Notes under the pieces: model-generated | Database searches by the model: none | What the model was told of the DNA's origin: nothing | What the model saw: only the letters and a program-made list of their open reading frames with translations | Program-made: the position numbers and the translations under genes | Assembly (NCBI GenBank): GCA_039804685.1 | Contig: JBDLVQ010000021.1 | Coordinates: 20,923-84,922 of the forward strand | Direction: 5' to 3' | Length of the DNA: 64,000 nucleotides | Origin: Pseudomonadota bacterium | Lineage (GTDB): Bacteria > Pseudomonadota > Gammaproteobacteria > Burkholderiales > Burkholderiaceae | Shown here: piece after piece, positions 1 to 11,423 of the stretch | Position numbering within the stretch: the stretch's first letter is position 1 | Layout of the letters: each line of letters starts with the position of its first letter

Positions 1-151
1 TATCTACTTGAACTTCTAGTTTAGGTTCAGCCTGTACCAAAAGAATTTCTGGAGCATTGGGTTGCTCCAAAGACATATCTTTGAGGTAAACGCGTTGAAT
101 TTGAAAACTTGGTGTGTTATCGGCAACACCATTTGCAGCAACATCTGTCAT
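1..151 (-). CDS. secB: Protein-export chaperone SecB (5' part; runs off the window start)
   Basis: Manual translation from ATG at 151: [38 protein letters not shown]. QRVYLKDxSxExP is the SecB N-terminal signature; position after grxC fits the usual order. Confidence 0.92.
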   Translation of the reverse strand, partial: MTDVAANGVADNTPSFQIQRVYLKDMSLEQPNAPEILLVQAEPKLEVQVD

Positions 152-162
152 GATTTTCCTAT

Positions 163-420
163 TTATTGACTTAATAATGGATCTAGCTTACCAGCACGGT
201 CAAGTGCTGAAAGATCATCAAAGCCACCCACATGAGTGTCTTCAATAAAAATTTGAGGAACAGTGCGCCTCCCTGTTCTGGCAATCATCTCGTCTTTTTT
301 GCCAGGCTCCTTATCAACTAAGATTTTTTCTGTAATAACGGCACCCTTGGCTATTAATAAACGCTCGGCCATCACGCAATACGGGCAGACCTGTGTGCTG
401 TACATCGTTATTTTTGCCAT
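163..420 (-). CDS. grxC: Glutaredoxin 3
   Basis: CPYC active site, TVPQIFI and VGGFDDL motifs; 85 aa. Confidence 0.95.
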   Translation of the reverse strand: MAKITMYSTQVCPYCVMAERLLIAKGAVITEKILVDKEPGKKDEMIARTGRRTVPQIFIEDTHVGGFDDLSALDRAGKLDPLLSQ

Positions 421-447
421 TTTTATCCCCAGTAGCGATCAGTAGGC

Positions 448-861
448 TTACTTAACTAACGGTAAACCCGCCTGATTCCAAGCAGAAATACCACCATCTA
501 AGCATGCAACCTCAGAAAATCCAGCTTTTTTGAACTTTCCAGAAGCTGTATTTGCTCTATAACCGCTTAAACAAACTAAAATAACAGGCTTATTGCTGTC
601 TAACTTCAGTTGTTTAATGCCATTATCCAAATCAGCTAAAGGTAAGTGCTTTGATTGAGCTATGTGCCCAGCCTTGTACTCATCGGCTGTACGTATATCA
701 ACAATCTGAGCGTTTCTTTGGTTGACCCACTGAACTGCTGTGTGTACGCTAAGAAGCTGTTTGTTTAAACGACCCAAGATTTGGGGCAAGGCTAAGGCTA
801 GACCTGAGGTAACCAAGGTGGCTAGTAGCATTAAATTATTTGTATTTGTTAAGAAGTCCAT
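448..861 (-). CDS. Rhodanese-like domain protein (YibN-like, N-terminal membrane anchor)
   Basis: IVDIR...GHI and CLSGYRA loop, LDGGISAW. Start re-set to ATG at 861 (MDFLTNTNN); the longer ORF-track start overlaps gpmA. Confidence 0.9.
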   Translation of the reverse strand: MDFLTNTNNLMLLATLVTSGLALALPQILGRLNKQLLSVHTAVQWVNQRNAQIVDIRTADEYKAGHIAQSKHLPLADLDNGIKQLKLDSNKPVILVCLSGYRANTASGKFKKAGFSEVACLDGGISAWNQAGLPLVK

Positions 862-883
862 CAGTAAATTATAGAATGTGAAT
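862..883. promoter_or_regulatory. Overlapping divergent -10 elements (bidirectional promoter)
   Basis: TATAAT on - strand (868-873) 6 nt before the rhodanese ATG; TAGAAT on + strand (872-877) 6 nt before the gpmA ATG; no SD for either gene. Confidence 0.65.
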
Positions 884-1576
884 ATGAAACAACTAGTACT
901 TATTCGCCATGGCGAATCCCAATGGAACCTAGAAAACCGTTTTACCGGCTGGGTTGATGTAGATTTAACACCGACCGGTATCCAGCAAGCAACGCAAGCT
1001 GGCGAAAGTTTAAAGGCTGCAGGGTATGATTTTGACATTGCTTACACTTCTGTGCTTAAAAGGGCTATTCGGACTCTTTGGCACACTCAAGAAGCAATGG
1101 ATAGACTTTGGCTGCCTGTTGTCCACAGTTGGAGGTTAAATGAGCGCCACTATGGTGCTTTGGCAGGCCTTAATAAAGCAGAAACTGCTCAAAAATACGG
1201 TGATGAACAAGTTCATATTTGGAGAAGGTCTTATGACGTACGACCGCCCCTACTAGATCCAACTGATCCAAGAGCTTCATTTAATGACCCCCGCTACGCC
1301 AAGTTAAAGCGTGAAGAAATTCCTTTGGGGGAGTGTTTAAAAGACAACGTTGCTCGAGTTATTCCACTTTGGGAAGAATCGATTGCTCCTGCGCTTCGTG
1401 CAGGAAAGCGAGTATTAATTGCCGCTCACGGCAATAGCATTCGCTCACTTGTAAAGTATTTAGACAATGTTTCTGATGCAGACATTATGGAAATCAACAT
1501 CCCAAATGGAGTTCCGTTAGTCTACGAGCTAGACGATAACCTTAAACCAATTAAGCACTTTTACTTAGAAAAATAA
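884..1576 (+). CDS. gpmA: 2,3-bisphosphoglycerate-dependent phosphoglycerate mutase
   Basis: [27 protein letters not shown] motifs. Start taken as ATG 884 ([10 protein letters not shown]). Confidence 0.97.
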   Translation: MKQLVLIRHGESQWNLENRFTGWVDVDLTPTGIQQATQAGESLKAAGYDFDIAYTSVLKRAIRTLWHTQEAMDRLWLPVVHSWRLNERHYGALAGLNKAETAQKYGDEQVHIWRRSYDVRPPLLDPTDPRASFNDPRYAKLKREEIPLGECLKDNVARVIPLWEESIAPALRAGKRVLIAAHGNSIRSLVKYLDNVSDADIMEINIPNGVPLVYELDDNLKPIKHFYLEK

Positions 1577-1578
1577 AT

Positions 1579-3015
1579 ATGTATCGCTCAATTAAGAGTA
1601 TTGCCCTCATTTGTACAGGCCTGATTGCTGGGGTTGCACTAACCCTGCAACTTTCAGCAACAGCCCAGCAAAATGGCTCCAACCTTCCTTTAGATGAATT
1701 AAGAAGTCTATCTAATGTGTTTGGTCAAATCAAACGAGATTATGTTGAGCCAGTTGATGATAAAAGACTATTAACTGATGCGATCAAAGGTATGGTTAGC
1801 GGCTTAGATCCGCACTCATCATATTTAGATAAAAAAGACTTTGCTGAAATGCAAGAACATACTCAAGGCAAATTTGCAGGCCTTGGCATTGAAATCACTT
1901 CAGAGGATGGCGTAGTTAAGGTCATGAACCCGATTGAAGACACCCCAGCAGCAAGAGCTGGCATTCAATCTGGAGACTTAATTACACGTCTAGATGACAA
2001 ACCAGTTCGTGGCATGACTTTAGATCAAGCCGTTCGTCGTATGCGTGGCGAACCTGGTACAAAAATTACTTTAACTATTTTCAGAAAGAGTGAAGATAGA
2101 ACTTTCCCAATCACGATCACTCGCGCTGAAATTAAAGTTCAATCCGTCAAAACCAAACTATTGGATAACGGCATTGCTTATGTTCGAATCACCAGCTTTC
2201 AAGAGCGTACGATTCCAGATCTAGCCAAAAAATTAAATGAATTAACTACAAAAGATTCTCAAATTAAAGGCTTGGTTCTAGATTTACGTAACAACGGTGG
2301 TGGCCTTCTTCAAGGTGCTGTTGGGGTTTCAGCAGCCTTTTTACCAAACGATGCTTTAGTGGTTTCAACCAAAGGTCAAGCTGAAGATGCCAAGCAATTA
2401 TTCACAGCTAACTTTAGTAACTACCGCTTATCAGAAAATAAGGACGTATTAGCTGAACTTAATCCAGTTTTCAAAAAAGTACCTATGGTTGTCTTAGTTA
2501 ATGCTTTCTCAGCATCAGCCTCAGAGATTGTTGCTGGGGCATTACAAGATCACAAACGTGCGACCATCATTGGCAAAACAACTTTTGGTAAAGGTTCGGT
2601 TCAAACTGTAAGGCCATTAAGTGCAGATTCTGCTCTTAAGCTAACCACAGCTTACTACTACACACCTTCAGGCAAATCAATTCAAGCATTTGGCGTCAAG
2701 CCAGATATTCCTGTTGATCAGAATTTAGAAGGCGACCCTGATGATGTTTTGATTACAAGAGAAATTGACAGCGAGAAGCATCTCAAGAATAAGCAAGCTT
2801 CTGAAGAAAAATTAATCAATGATCGTGAAAAGCGTCGCCTAGAAGAACTTCAGCGCATTGAAGAAATGAATGCAAAGAAATCCACTGAAGACAAAGAAAA
2901 GGATCGTAAAAAACGTCCTCCAGAGTTTGGATCAGCGGAAGACTTCATGCTAACGCAAGCTGCCGCTTACCTAAAAGGGCAACCTGTCAAACGCTCTAAA
3001 TCACGCCTTGAGTAA
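1579..3015 (+). CDS. ctpA: S41 family carboxy-terminal processing protease
   Basis: Signal peptide, PDZ region (GLGIEI), LDLRNNGGG, catalytic SASASEI and GKGSVQ motifs. Confidence 0.93.
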   Translation: MYRSIKSIALICTGLIAGVALTLQLSATAQQNGSNLPLDELRSLSNVFGQIKRDYVEPVDDKRLLTDAIKGMVSGLDPHSSYLDKKDFAEMQEHTQGKFAGLGIEITSEDGVVKVMNPIEDTPAARAGIQSGDLITRLDDKPVRGMTLDQAVRRMRGEPGTKITLTIFRKSEDRTFPITITRAEIKVQSVKTKLLDNGIAYVRITSFQERTIPDLAKKLNELTTKDSQIKGLVLDLRNNGGGLLQGAVGVSAAFLPNDALVVSTKGQAEDAKQLFTANFSNYRLSENKDVLAELNPVFKKVPMVVLVNAFSASASEIVAGALQDHKRATIIGKTTFGKGSVQTVRPLSADSALKLTTAYYYTPSGKSIQAFGVKPDIPVDQNLEGDPDDVLITREIDSEKHLKNKQASEEKLINDREKRRLEELQRIEEMNAKKSTEDKEKDRKKRPPEFGSAEDFMLTQAAAYLKGQPVKRSKSRLE

Positions 3016-3029
3016 TCAGAGATTAGCGC

Positions 3030-3782
3030 ATGAATGATCAAGATCTTCTTCGCTATTCTCGACACATCCTTCTAGAGGAAATTGGCATAGAAGGCCAAGA
3101 AAAAATCTTGGCCTCTCATGTCGTCATTGTTGGCGCCGGCGGTCTTGGATCAGCTGCAGCACCTTACTTAGTTGCAGCAGGTGTTCAAACAATCACGCTT
3201 ATTGATCATGACACGGTTGATCTTACAAATCTTCAGCGCCAAATCATGCATCAGCATGCATCAGTAGGAAAACCTAAAGTTTTATCGGGAAAAGATACTT
3301 TAGAAAAGTTAAATCCTGCGATCAAAGTGAATGCACTTCAAGAGAAAGCAAGCCCATCATTACTCAATGAGCTATTACCAAGAGCAACGGTTGTACTTGA
3401 TTGCAGTGATAATTTCACTACTAGACAATTAGTTAATGAACTATGCATCCAACATCATGTGCCATTAGTCAGTGGATCTGCGATACGCTTTGATGGTCAA
3501 GTTAGCGTATTTGATCATCGTAAAGATAATTCACCCTGCTACGCTTGCGTCTTCCCTAAAGACCAAAGCTTTGATGAAGTGCAATGTTCAACGATGGGTG
3601 TTTTCTCTCCATTAGTAGGCATCATCGGCACAATGCAAGCTGCACAAGCACTGCAGATCATCATGGATATTGGGCAAACGCTCAATGGTAGATTATTGCT
3701 TTGGGATGCACGCTCAACTGAAATTAATCAGATTCAAATTAACAAACAGCACAACTGTCCTGTTTGCTCTATAAAGAATTAA
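3030..3782 (+). CDS. HesA/MoeB/ThiF family adenylyltransferase
   Basis: RYSRHILL, GAGGLGS, DxVDLTNLQRQ, CYAC and CPVC zinc motifs. Confidence 0.93.
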   Translation: MNDQDLLRYSRHILLEEIGIEGQEKILASHVVIVGAGGLGSAAAPYLVAAGVQTITLIDHDTVDLTNLQRQIMHQHASVGKPKVLSGKDTLEKLNPAIKVNALQEKASPSLLNELLPRATVVLDCSDNFTTRQLVNELCIQHHVPLVSGSAIRFDGQVSVFDHRKDNSPCYACVFPKDQSFDEVQCSTMGVFSPLVGIIGTMQAAQALQIIMDIGQTLNGRLLLWDARSTEINQIQINKQHNCPVCSIKN

Positions 3783-5529
3783 TCTTATTCAAAGCTGCTT
3801 GTAAATCTTCCGGCTCAATTGCAGACAGCAATTGATCAACGGCCAGCTTCAAACTTCCTACGTCAGCACGCAAGACTTCTTTCTTTACAGAAAGCAGTTG
3901 ATTGAAGTGTAGCGAAAAATCAGTTAAACCCATCCCTAACAAAACTCTCGTCATAGATGCTTCGCCTGCCATCTCCCCGCAAACGGAAACTGGCATATTG
4001 GCAGCTTTTGCATCACGAATCACTCCTGCAATTAATCTTAAAACGGCAGGGTGCAGAGGATCATATAAATGGGCCACTGCGTTGTCAGCACGATCAATAG
4101 CTAGGGTGTACTGAATTAAGTCATTTGTACCAATTGATAAGAAATCCAAGCGCTTAATAAATAATGGCAGCGCAAGCGCAGCAGCTGGAATTTCAATCAT
4201 CGCGCCAACGCGCACGTAGGGGTCAAATAAAATGCCGCGCTCTTCCAATTGCTTTTTAGCAGTATCGATAAGATCCAAAGTCTGATCAATTTCTTGAGCA
4301 TGCGCCAACATTGGAATTAAGATTTTCATTTTTCCAAAAGCAGACGCTCTAAGAATGGCTCGAATCTGAATCAAGAACATATCTGGCTCTGATAAAGACC
4401 ACCGAATAGCCCTAAGTCCTAAGGGTGATAGATACGCCGAGTGGCCATCCTCATCAACATCCAAAGGTTTGTCAGCGCCAATATCAATCGTTCTAATAGT
4501 TACAGGTAGCCCCTTCATGGCCTCAGCTGTTTTTCTGTAAGCCCAGAACTGCTCTTCTTCATCGGGCATATGCCCTTTGCGATTCATGAACAAGAATTCA
4601 GATCTAAATAAGCCAATCCCAACAGCACCCGACTCTAAAGCCAATGAAGCATCATCAGGCATTTCAACGTTTGCCATTAAATCAACTGCCACACCATCTA
4701 AAGTAAATGTAGGGGTATGCTTGAGTCTTAAGAGTTTTTTCTTTTCTAACTTTCTTTGAGATTGAAGATGACGGTACTCTTCAAGAATCAAAGGACTTGG
4801 GTCAACAATAACAATACCGCGGTCACCATCGATAATTAACCAATCATCCTGATGAATAAGTTCGCTCGCACGCCTCACGCCCACAGCTGCAGGTATATCT
4901 AAACTTCTAGCAACAATCGCGGTGTGAGATGTTCTGCCACCCAAATCTGTAATAAAGCCGCCAAAGGCCACATCTTTAAAACGCATCATATCTGGTGGTG
5001 CTATGTCATGAGCAACCACAATGACTTCGGATAATTGATCGCCATCACTGACGCTCTTATAAAAAGAATTCAGAGTTTGATGATCTGCGCCATGGTGTAG
5101 AACTTTCATCACACGCTCAACCACCTGCCTAATATCTGTAGCCCGCTCTCGAAGATATTCATCTTCAATTTCAGCAAACTGCTCTAATAAATCTTCAAGC
5201 TGAGTGGCTAACGCCCATTCAGCGTTATATCTTCTTGACTTAATTAGCTCTAATGGTTTTTCTGTCAGAGTAGGATCTGCCAAAATCATGCCATGAACAT
5301 CTAAGAACGCCGCCATCTCTTCTGGGGCGGCATCAGGCAAACTTGCTCTGATGCTTTTTAATTCACCACGAACAACCTCGAACGCATTCAATAATCTTTT
5401 TTCTTCTTCTGCCTCTGTACCTTCGGGAACCAGGTAATGCTTTACATCCATTGCCGATGGAGCAATACGTAAAGCCCTACCAATAGCTATTCCGCTGGTA
5501 ACTGGGACGCCGTGAAGAGTAAAGGACAA
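3769..5529 (-). CDS. ptsI: PEP-protein phosphotransferase (PTS enzyme I)
   Basis: GGRTSHTAI phospho-His motif, GLFRSEFLF, SIGTNDLIQY, VCGEMAG. Confidence 0.96.
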   Translation of the reverse strand: MSFTLHGVPVTSGIAIGRALRIAPSAMDVKHYLVPEGTEAEEEKRLLNAFEVVRGELKSIRASLPDAAPEEMAAFLDVHGMILADPTLTEKPLELIKSRRYNAEWALATQLEDLLEQFAEIEDEYLRERATDIRQVVERVMKVLHHGADHQTLNSFYKSVSDGDQLSEVIVVAHDIAPPDMMRFKDVAFGGFITDLGGRTSHTAIVARSLDIPAAVGVRRASELIHQDDWLIIDGDRGIVIVDPSPLILEEYRHLQSQRKLEKKKLLRLKHTPTFTLDGVAVDLMANVEMPDDASLALESGAVGIGLFRSEFLFMNRKGHMPDEEEQFWAYRKTAEAMKGLPVTIRTIDIGADKPLDVDEDGHSAYLSPLGLRAIRWSLSEPDMFLIQIRAILRASAFGKMKILIPMLAHAQEIDQTLDLIDTAKKQLEERGILFDPYVRVGAMIEIPAAALALPLFIKRLDFLSIGTNDLIQYTLAIDRADNAVAHLYDPLHPAVLRLIAGVIRDAKAANMPVSVCGEMAGEASMTRVLLGMGLTDFSLHFNQLLSVKKEVLRADVGSLKLAVDQLLSAIEPEDLQAALNKINSL

Positions 5530-5799
5530 TTATTCGCCCTCACCAAATCGATCATTGATTAAAGCTTTCAGAGCATCAAAAGCTTCTTGTTCTTTTTCTC
5601 CAGATGTTTCTAGCGTCACAACACTGCCCATACCAGCTGCCAGCATCATGACGCCCATAATACTTTTTGCATTAACCTTACGCCCACCCTTAGATAAAAA
5701 GATTTCACTAGGAAACTGTCCTGCCAACTGAGTTAACTTAGCTGAGGCCCTGGCATGCAAACCTAATTTATTAATGATGTTGATGTCTTCGCTAGGCAT
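5530..5799 (-). CDS. ptsH: HPr phosphocarrier
   Basis: GLHARAS (His15) and NAKSIMG (Ser46). Confidence 0.96.
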   Translation of the reverse strand: MPSEDINIINKLGLHARASAKLTQLAGQFPSEIFLSKGGRKVNAKSIMGVMMLAAGMGSVVTLETSGEKEQEAFDALKALINDRFGEGE

Positions 5800-5801
5800 C
5801 T

Positions 5802-6251
5802 TTATTCCTTACTAAGTATTTTTTCCGAAGGTGACGCGTCAATTGGAACTCCCAGATGTCCGATCGGGAGAATCCCCTGTTGGCCACCATGCATAGCTTT
5901 TTGCATAGCCGAATCCAAGGACTCACCACGATATGAGATTGCTCTCATGAGCATAGGTAAATTAATACCCGTCAAAACTCTAACGCGACCCTCAAATATT
6001 GCTTTGTGAGCTAGGCGACTGGCAACGTTCGCTGGCGTGGCCCCCATGATGTCAGTCAACACAAGCAATCCATTTTTAGAATGGATCGATAGAGCAGCTT
6101 CCGTTGCCTTTTCAAGTGTTAATTTGGCATCTTCATGAGCCATAACATCAAGAGCCACTATACGATCTGGCACCTCTCCATAAACATGACGCACAAATTC
6201 TTTAAGTGCGGATGCCAAGGGTGCATGAGCGATGATTAAAATTCCAGCCAT
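5802..6251 (-). CDS. PTS EIIA component, mannose/fructose family
   Basis: IIAHAPLA, LTDIMGATPAN, GINLPML motifs. Confidence 0.9.
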   Translation of the reverse strand: MAGILIIAHAPLASALKEFVRHVYGEVPDRIVALDVMAHEDAKLTLEKATEAALSIHSKNGLLVLTDIMGATPANVASRLAHKAIFEGRVRVLTGINLPMLMRAISYRGESLDSAMQKAMHGGQQGILPIGHLGVPIDASPSEKILSKE

Positions 6252-6253
6252 TA

Positions 6254-7195
6254 TTAATTCAAATATTTTTCTAAATTATTAAGCCACTGCTTTGCAACAT
6301 CATGACCTGTTTGCTCTGTAATTTCAACAAAACATGTCGGACTGGTTACATTAATTTCTGTTAAATATCCACCGATAAAATCTAAGCCCACCAGATGTAA
6401 GCCACGCGCTGCCAATTGAGGCCCAATCTTAGTTGCCACATCTAATTCTTTCTGTGATAACTTTTGAGCAACGCCACGACCACCTGCGGCCAAATTACCC
6501 CTTACTTCACCCTCTTGAGGAATTCTGGCAAGCGAAAAAGGAACAGGCTCTCCACCAATTAAGAGTACTCTTTTATCTCCTTGAATAATTTCAGGGATAA
6601 ATTTTTGAACCATTAAAGCGCGGCGACCAACATCTCCTAAGCTCTCAACAATACTAGCAATATTTAGGCCATCTTGTTTGACCCTAAAAATGCCCATGCC
6701 TCCCATACCATCAAGAGGTTTAATGATAATGTCCTCATGTTGACGATGGAATGCTTTGATATCTTCTAAATCATGGCTGATGATTGTTGGTGGTGCAAAT
6801 TCTAAGAACTCAAGCAAAGCTAATTTTTCAGAATGATTTCTAAGGGCCTCCGGGCAATTGAATACCTTTGCACCTTGGCGAACTGCTTCTGATAAAAACC
6901 ATGTGGCCGTTACGTAGCTAACATCAAACGGCGGGTCTTTTCTCATGATCACCGCATCAAAAGAAGGAAGATTCAATGTATCAACAACTAACTTCTGATA
7001 CCAATCAAGCTCTAGACGATCAACTTTAATCTGCTGACATCGGGCCTTCATCAAACCATCAATACTTTTCAAGTCATGCACATGACAATGCCAAACCTCA
7101 TGACCCGCTGCTTGTGCAGCATCCATCATGGCTAAAGTGCTATCTTTTTTAACAGCAAAACTATTTAGTGGGTCCGCAATAAATAAAAATTTCAT
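6254..7195 (-). CDS. gshB: Glutathione synthetase
   Basis: KDSTLAM, MRKDPPFD, KPLDGMGG, RGNLAAGG, TEINVTSPT. Confidence 0.97.
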   Translation of the reverse strand: MKFLFIADPLNSFAVKKDSTLAMMDAAQAAGHEVWHCHVHDLKSIDGLMKARCQQIKVDRLELDWYQKLVVDTLNLPSFDAVIMRKDPPFDVSYVTATWFLSEAVRQGAKVFNCPEALRNHSEKLALLEFLEFAPPTIISHDLEDIKAFHRQHEDIIIKPLDGMGGMGIFRVKQDGLNIASIVESLGDVGRRALMVQKFIPEIIQGDKRVLLIGGEPVPFSLARIPQEGEVRGNLAAGGRGVAQKLSQKELDVATKIGPQLAARGLHLVGLDFIGGYLTEINVTSPTCFVEITEQTGHDVAKQWLNNLEKYLN

Positions 7196-7197
7196 TA

Positions 7198-8493
7198 TTA
7201 ATTATCTGCATCCGGGTCTGTACGCTCGAGCTCTAAAGATGCTGCTAATAAAGCAAGTCTTGCTACAACACCATATAAATAAAAACGATTGGGCACTGCT
7301 ACGCCAGGCTTGGCACCAACATCAGGGATTGTGTTGTGATCAAAGGCCAATGGTACAAAGTGCATCCCAGGAGAATTAAGATTCTCATCAACACCCCGAC
7401 CTGTATGAACACGATAAAAACCACCAACAACATAACGGTCCATCATATAAACAACTGGCTCTGAAACAGCCTCATTAATTTTTTCAAATGTGTAAACACC
7501 TTCTTGGACTAACACATCTGAAACTTCTAAACCCTCTTTGACGACACTCATCTTATTTCGTTCTTTACGATTAAGATCCTTCACCTCACTAGCATCTTTA
7601 ACAGTCATGATGCCCATGCCATATGTACCCGCATCGGCCTTAACAATCACATATGGCTTTTCTTTAATGCCATATTCGCGATATTTACGAGCTGTTTTTT
7701 TCAAGATAGTATCTACGGCGTCTTGTAACTCCTGCTCACCAATGCGCTCATGAAAATTAATCCCTGAACATTTGCTGAAGAATGGATTAATCATCCATGG
7801 GTCAATGTCGATAACTTTTGAAAACTTCTTCGCCACATCATCATAAGCAGCAAAGTGGTTTGATTTACGACGCACTGACCAGCCTGAATGTATCGGCGGC
7901 AATACGTATTGCTCATGCAGGTTTTCCAAGATGGCAGGAACGCCACCTGACAAATCATTATTCAAAAGAATAGTGCAAGGATCAAAATCCTTGAGACCTA
8001 GTCGACGGCCTTTAATACCTAATCTAACCAATGGCTCCAAAATAAGTCTTTGGCCATCTGGCAAATCAATTGGCGTGGGTTTTGTGATTTCTTCAGATAA
8101 AGATCCCAAACGAACATTTAAGCCTGTTTGTCTCAGTATCGACGCCAAACGTGCCACGTTTTGCAAATAAAACACATTGCGCGTGTGACGCTCAGGAATC
8201 AATAATAGATTTTTTGCATCAGGGCATATTTTTTCAATGGCGGCCATCGCGGCTTGAACAGCCAAAGGCAACATTTCTGGAGATAAATTATTAAATCCAC
8301 CAGGAAATAAATTTGTATCAACTGGTGCTAACTTAAACCCAGCATTTCGCAAATCAACAGAACAGTAAAAAGGTGGTGTGTGCTCTTGCCACTCCAATCT
8401 AAACCATCGCTCGATAGCGGGCGTAGCTTCTAAAACCTTGCGCTCTAATTCAAGCAAGGGGCCATTAAGGGCTGTAATCAAATGAGGTACCAT
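7198..8493 (-). CDS. gshA: Glutamate-cysteine ligase (betaproteobacterial GshA type)
   Basis: YCSVDLRNAGFKLAPVDTNLFPGGFNNL, KADAGTYGMG; directly upstream of gshB. Confidence 0.93.
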   Translation of the reverse strand: MVPHLITALNGPLLELERKVLEATPAIERWFRLEWQEHTPPFYCSVDLRNAGFKLAPVDTNLFPGGFNNLSPEMLPLAVQAAMAAIEKICPDAKNLLLIPERHTRNVFYLQNVARLASILRQTGLNVRLGSLSEEITKPTPIDLPDGQRLILEPLVRLGIKGRRLGLKDFDPCTILLNNDLSGGVPAILENLHEQYVLPPIHSGWSVRRKSNHFAAYDDVAKKFSKVIDIDPWMINPFFSKCSGINFHERIGEQELQDAVDTILKKTARKYREYGIKEKPYVIVKADAGTYGMGIMTVKDASEVKDLNRKERNKMSVVKEGLEVSDVLVQEGVYTFEKINEAVSEPVVYMMDRYVVGGFYRVHTGRGVDENLNSPGMHFVPLAFDHNTIPDVGAKPGVAVPNRFYLYGVVARLALLAASLELERTDPDADN

Positions 8494-8513
8494 GCCACCA
8501 TTCTAAGACAGAT

Positions 8514-8550
8514 AAAAAAAGAGCGGGTTCTTATTCAGAATCCGCTCTTT
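8514..8550 (-). terminator. Intrinsic terminator of torF-glnK-amtB
   Basis: AAAGAGCGG/CCGCTCTTT stem extended by TTCT/AGAA, followed by a 7-U run on the - strand. A second hairpin CCCCTAAA/TTTAGGGG lies at 8556-8579. Confidence 0.8.
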
Positions 8551-8623
8551 AAATCCCCCTAAATTTGGACTTTTAGGGGTTACTCCACACTACATTTCAC
8601 ACAGATTTACGAAAAATCACTAA

Positions 8624-10111
8624 TTAAGCTTCGTATGCAGTTTCGCCATGAGACGTGATATCTAAACCTTCACGCTCTTCGTCTTCTGGCACACGTAAAC
8701 CGATTACCAAATCTACTAGTTTGTAAGCGATGTATGAAACCACGCCAGACCAAACAATAGTTGTTAATACAGCCTTAGCTTGAATCCAAACTTGTCCTAC
8801 GATTGAGTAGTCAGCTGCTACCGCATTTGCTACGTAGTCATAGATACCTGTACCACCCAATGATGGGTCTGCAAATACACCAGTTAGTAATGCACCCAAG
8901 ATACCACCAACACCGTGAACTCCAAACACGTCCAAGCTGTCGTCTGCACCAAGCATGCGCTTCAAACCAGTTACACCCCACAAACATAGGAAACCAGCGA
9001 TCAAACCAATCACGATGGCGCCCATTGGGCCTACAAATCCAGCGGCTGGAGTAATTGCAACCAAGCCGGCTACTGCACCTGATGCAGCACCCAACATTGA
9101 TGGCTTACCCTTGCCTAACCACTCGCCTAAGCTCCAAGTCAGAACCGCAGCAGACGTTGCCAAGAAAGTATTAGCAAATGCCATTGCTGCACCACCTGAT
9201 GCCTCTAGTGCTGAACCAGCGTTGAAACCAAACCAACCAAACCACAATAGTGAAGCACCAACCATTGTCAAAGTTAAGCTGTGTGGTTTCATAGCTTCTT
9301 TACCGAAACCAATACGCTTGCCAATAACGAAGGCACCTACTAAACCAGCAACTGCTGCGTTGATATGTACAACTGTACCGCCAGCAAAATCTAGAGCACC
9401 CATTTGGAACAACCAACCTGAAGCTGCTGTAGCTGCATCACCGGCCGCTTTATCTGTAAATAGATCAGGACCAGGCCAGAACCAAACCATGTGAGCAATT
9501 GGTAAATAGCTAAATGTGAACCATAGAACAACAAACAACAAGACAGCAGAGAACTTAGCGCGTTCAGCGAATGCACCAATAATCAAGCAGCAAGTAATCG
9601 TTGCAAATGCGCCTTGGAATGAGAAGAATGCAAATTCTGGAATCACTACGCCTTTACTGAAAGTAGCACCCATTGATTCAGGGGTTAAACCAGCCAAGAA
9701 AAGACGATCAAATCCGCCGAAGAATGCGCCACCCTCTGTGAAAGCAATACTGTAGCCATAAACTGCCCACAACACTGAGATCAAAGAAAAGATCACCATA
9801 CATTGCATCAACACTGACAACATGTTTTTGCTACGCACTAAACCACCGTAGAAAAGACCCAAACCTGGCAATGTCATGAGAATAACTAAAGCAGTACAAA
9901 TCATGACCCAGGCTGTATCACCTTTGTTAGCAACTGGCGCCGTGGCGGCAGGTGCGGCTGGAGCAGCACTTGCTGCAGCTGCTGCAGGGGCAGTTACTGC
10001 TGGCTTAGCTTCTTCAGCAGCATAAGCTGGTGAAGATACTGCCATCGTAAAAGAACCTAGAGCTAAAGCTGCTGCGCTGGCTGCGAGTAGACGTTTGATC
10101 CAATATGTCAT
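8624..10111 (-). CDS. amtB: Ammonium transporter
   Basis: Signal peptide plus Ala/Pro linker, DFAGGTVVH, WFGWFGFNAGS, FGVHGVGG. Confidence 0.97.
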   Translation of the reverse strand: MTYWIKRLLAASAAALALGSFTMAVSSPAYAAEEAKPAVTAPAAAAASAAPAAPAATAPVANKGDTAWVMICTALVILMTLPGLGLFYGGLVRSKNMLSVLMQCMVIFSLISVLWAVYGYSIAFTEGGAFFGGFDRLFLAGLTPESMGATFSKGVVIPEFAFFSFQGAFATITCCLIIGAFAERAKFSAVLLFVVLWFTFSYLPIAHMVWFWPGPDLFTDKAAGDAATAASGWLFQMGALDFAGGTVVHINAAVAGLVGAFVIGKRIGFGKEAMKPHSLTLTMVGASLLWFGWFGFNAGSALEASGGAAMAFANTFLATSAAVLTWSLGEWLGKGKPSMLGAASGAVAGLVAITPAAGFVGPMGAIVIGLIAGFLCLWGVTGLKRMLGADDSLDVFGVHGVGGILGALLTGVFADPSLGGTGIYDYVANAVAADYSIVGQVWIQAKAVLTTIVWSGVVSYIAYKLVDLVIGLRVPEDEEREGLDITSHGETAYEA

Positions 10112-10123
10112 TTTTAACCTCGC

Positions 10124-11286
<1,163 letters not shown>

Positions 11287-11337
11287 GTAGTGCACTCCTA
11301 ATAAACAATCCAAGGGAAATTCCTTGCGTTTAAGATA

Positions 11338-11353
11338 AGCAAAAGCTATGCCA
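11338..11353 (-). promoter_or_regulatory. Sigma54 (-24/-12) promoter
   Basis: TGGCATAGCTTTTGCT; GG and GC are 12 nt apart as in TGGCAC-N5-TTGCW. Confidence 0.88.
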
Positions 11354-11371
11354 GTTTTATTTATATCAATA

Positions 11372-11384
11372 AATCAATGACTTA
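11372..11384 (+). promoter_or_regulatory. IHF binding site
   Basis: AATCAATGACTTA matches WATCAANNNNTTR and lies between the sigma54 promoter and the NtrC sites. Confidence 0.75.
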
Positions 11385-11423
11385 TATTTATAATTATTTG
11401 GAAAGAGCTCTAATTGAAGGTGT

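Noticed and set aside
9930-10030. GCA/GCT-rich repeat-like stretch in amtB
   Set aside because: Encodes the Ala/Pro linker after the signal peptide, common in betaproteobacterial AmtB; not an array.
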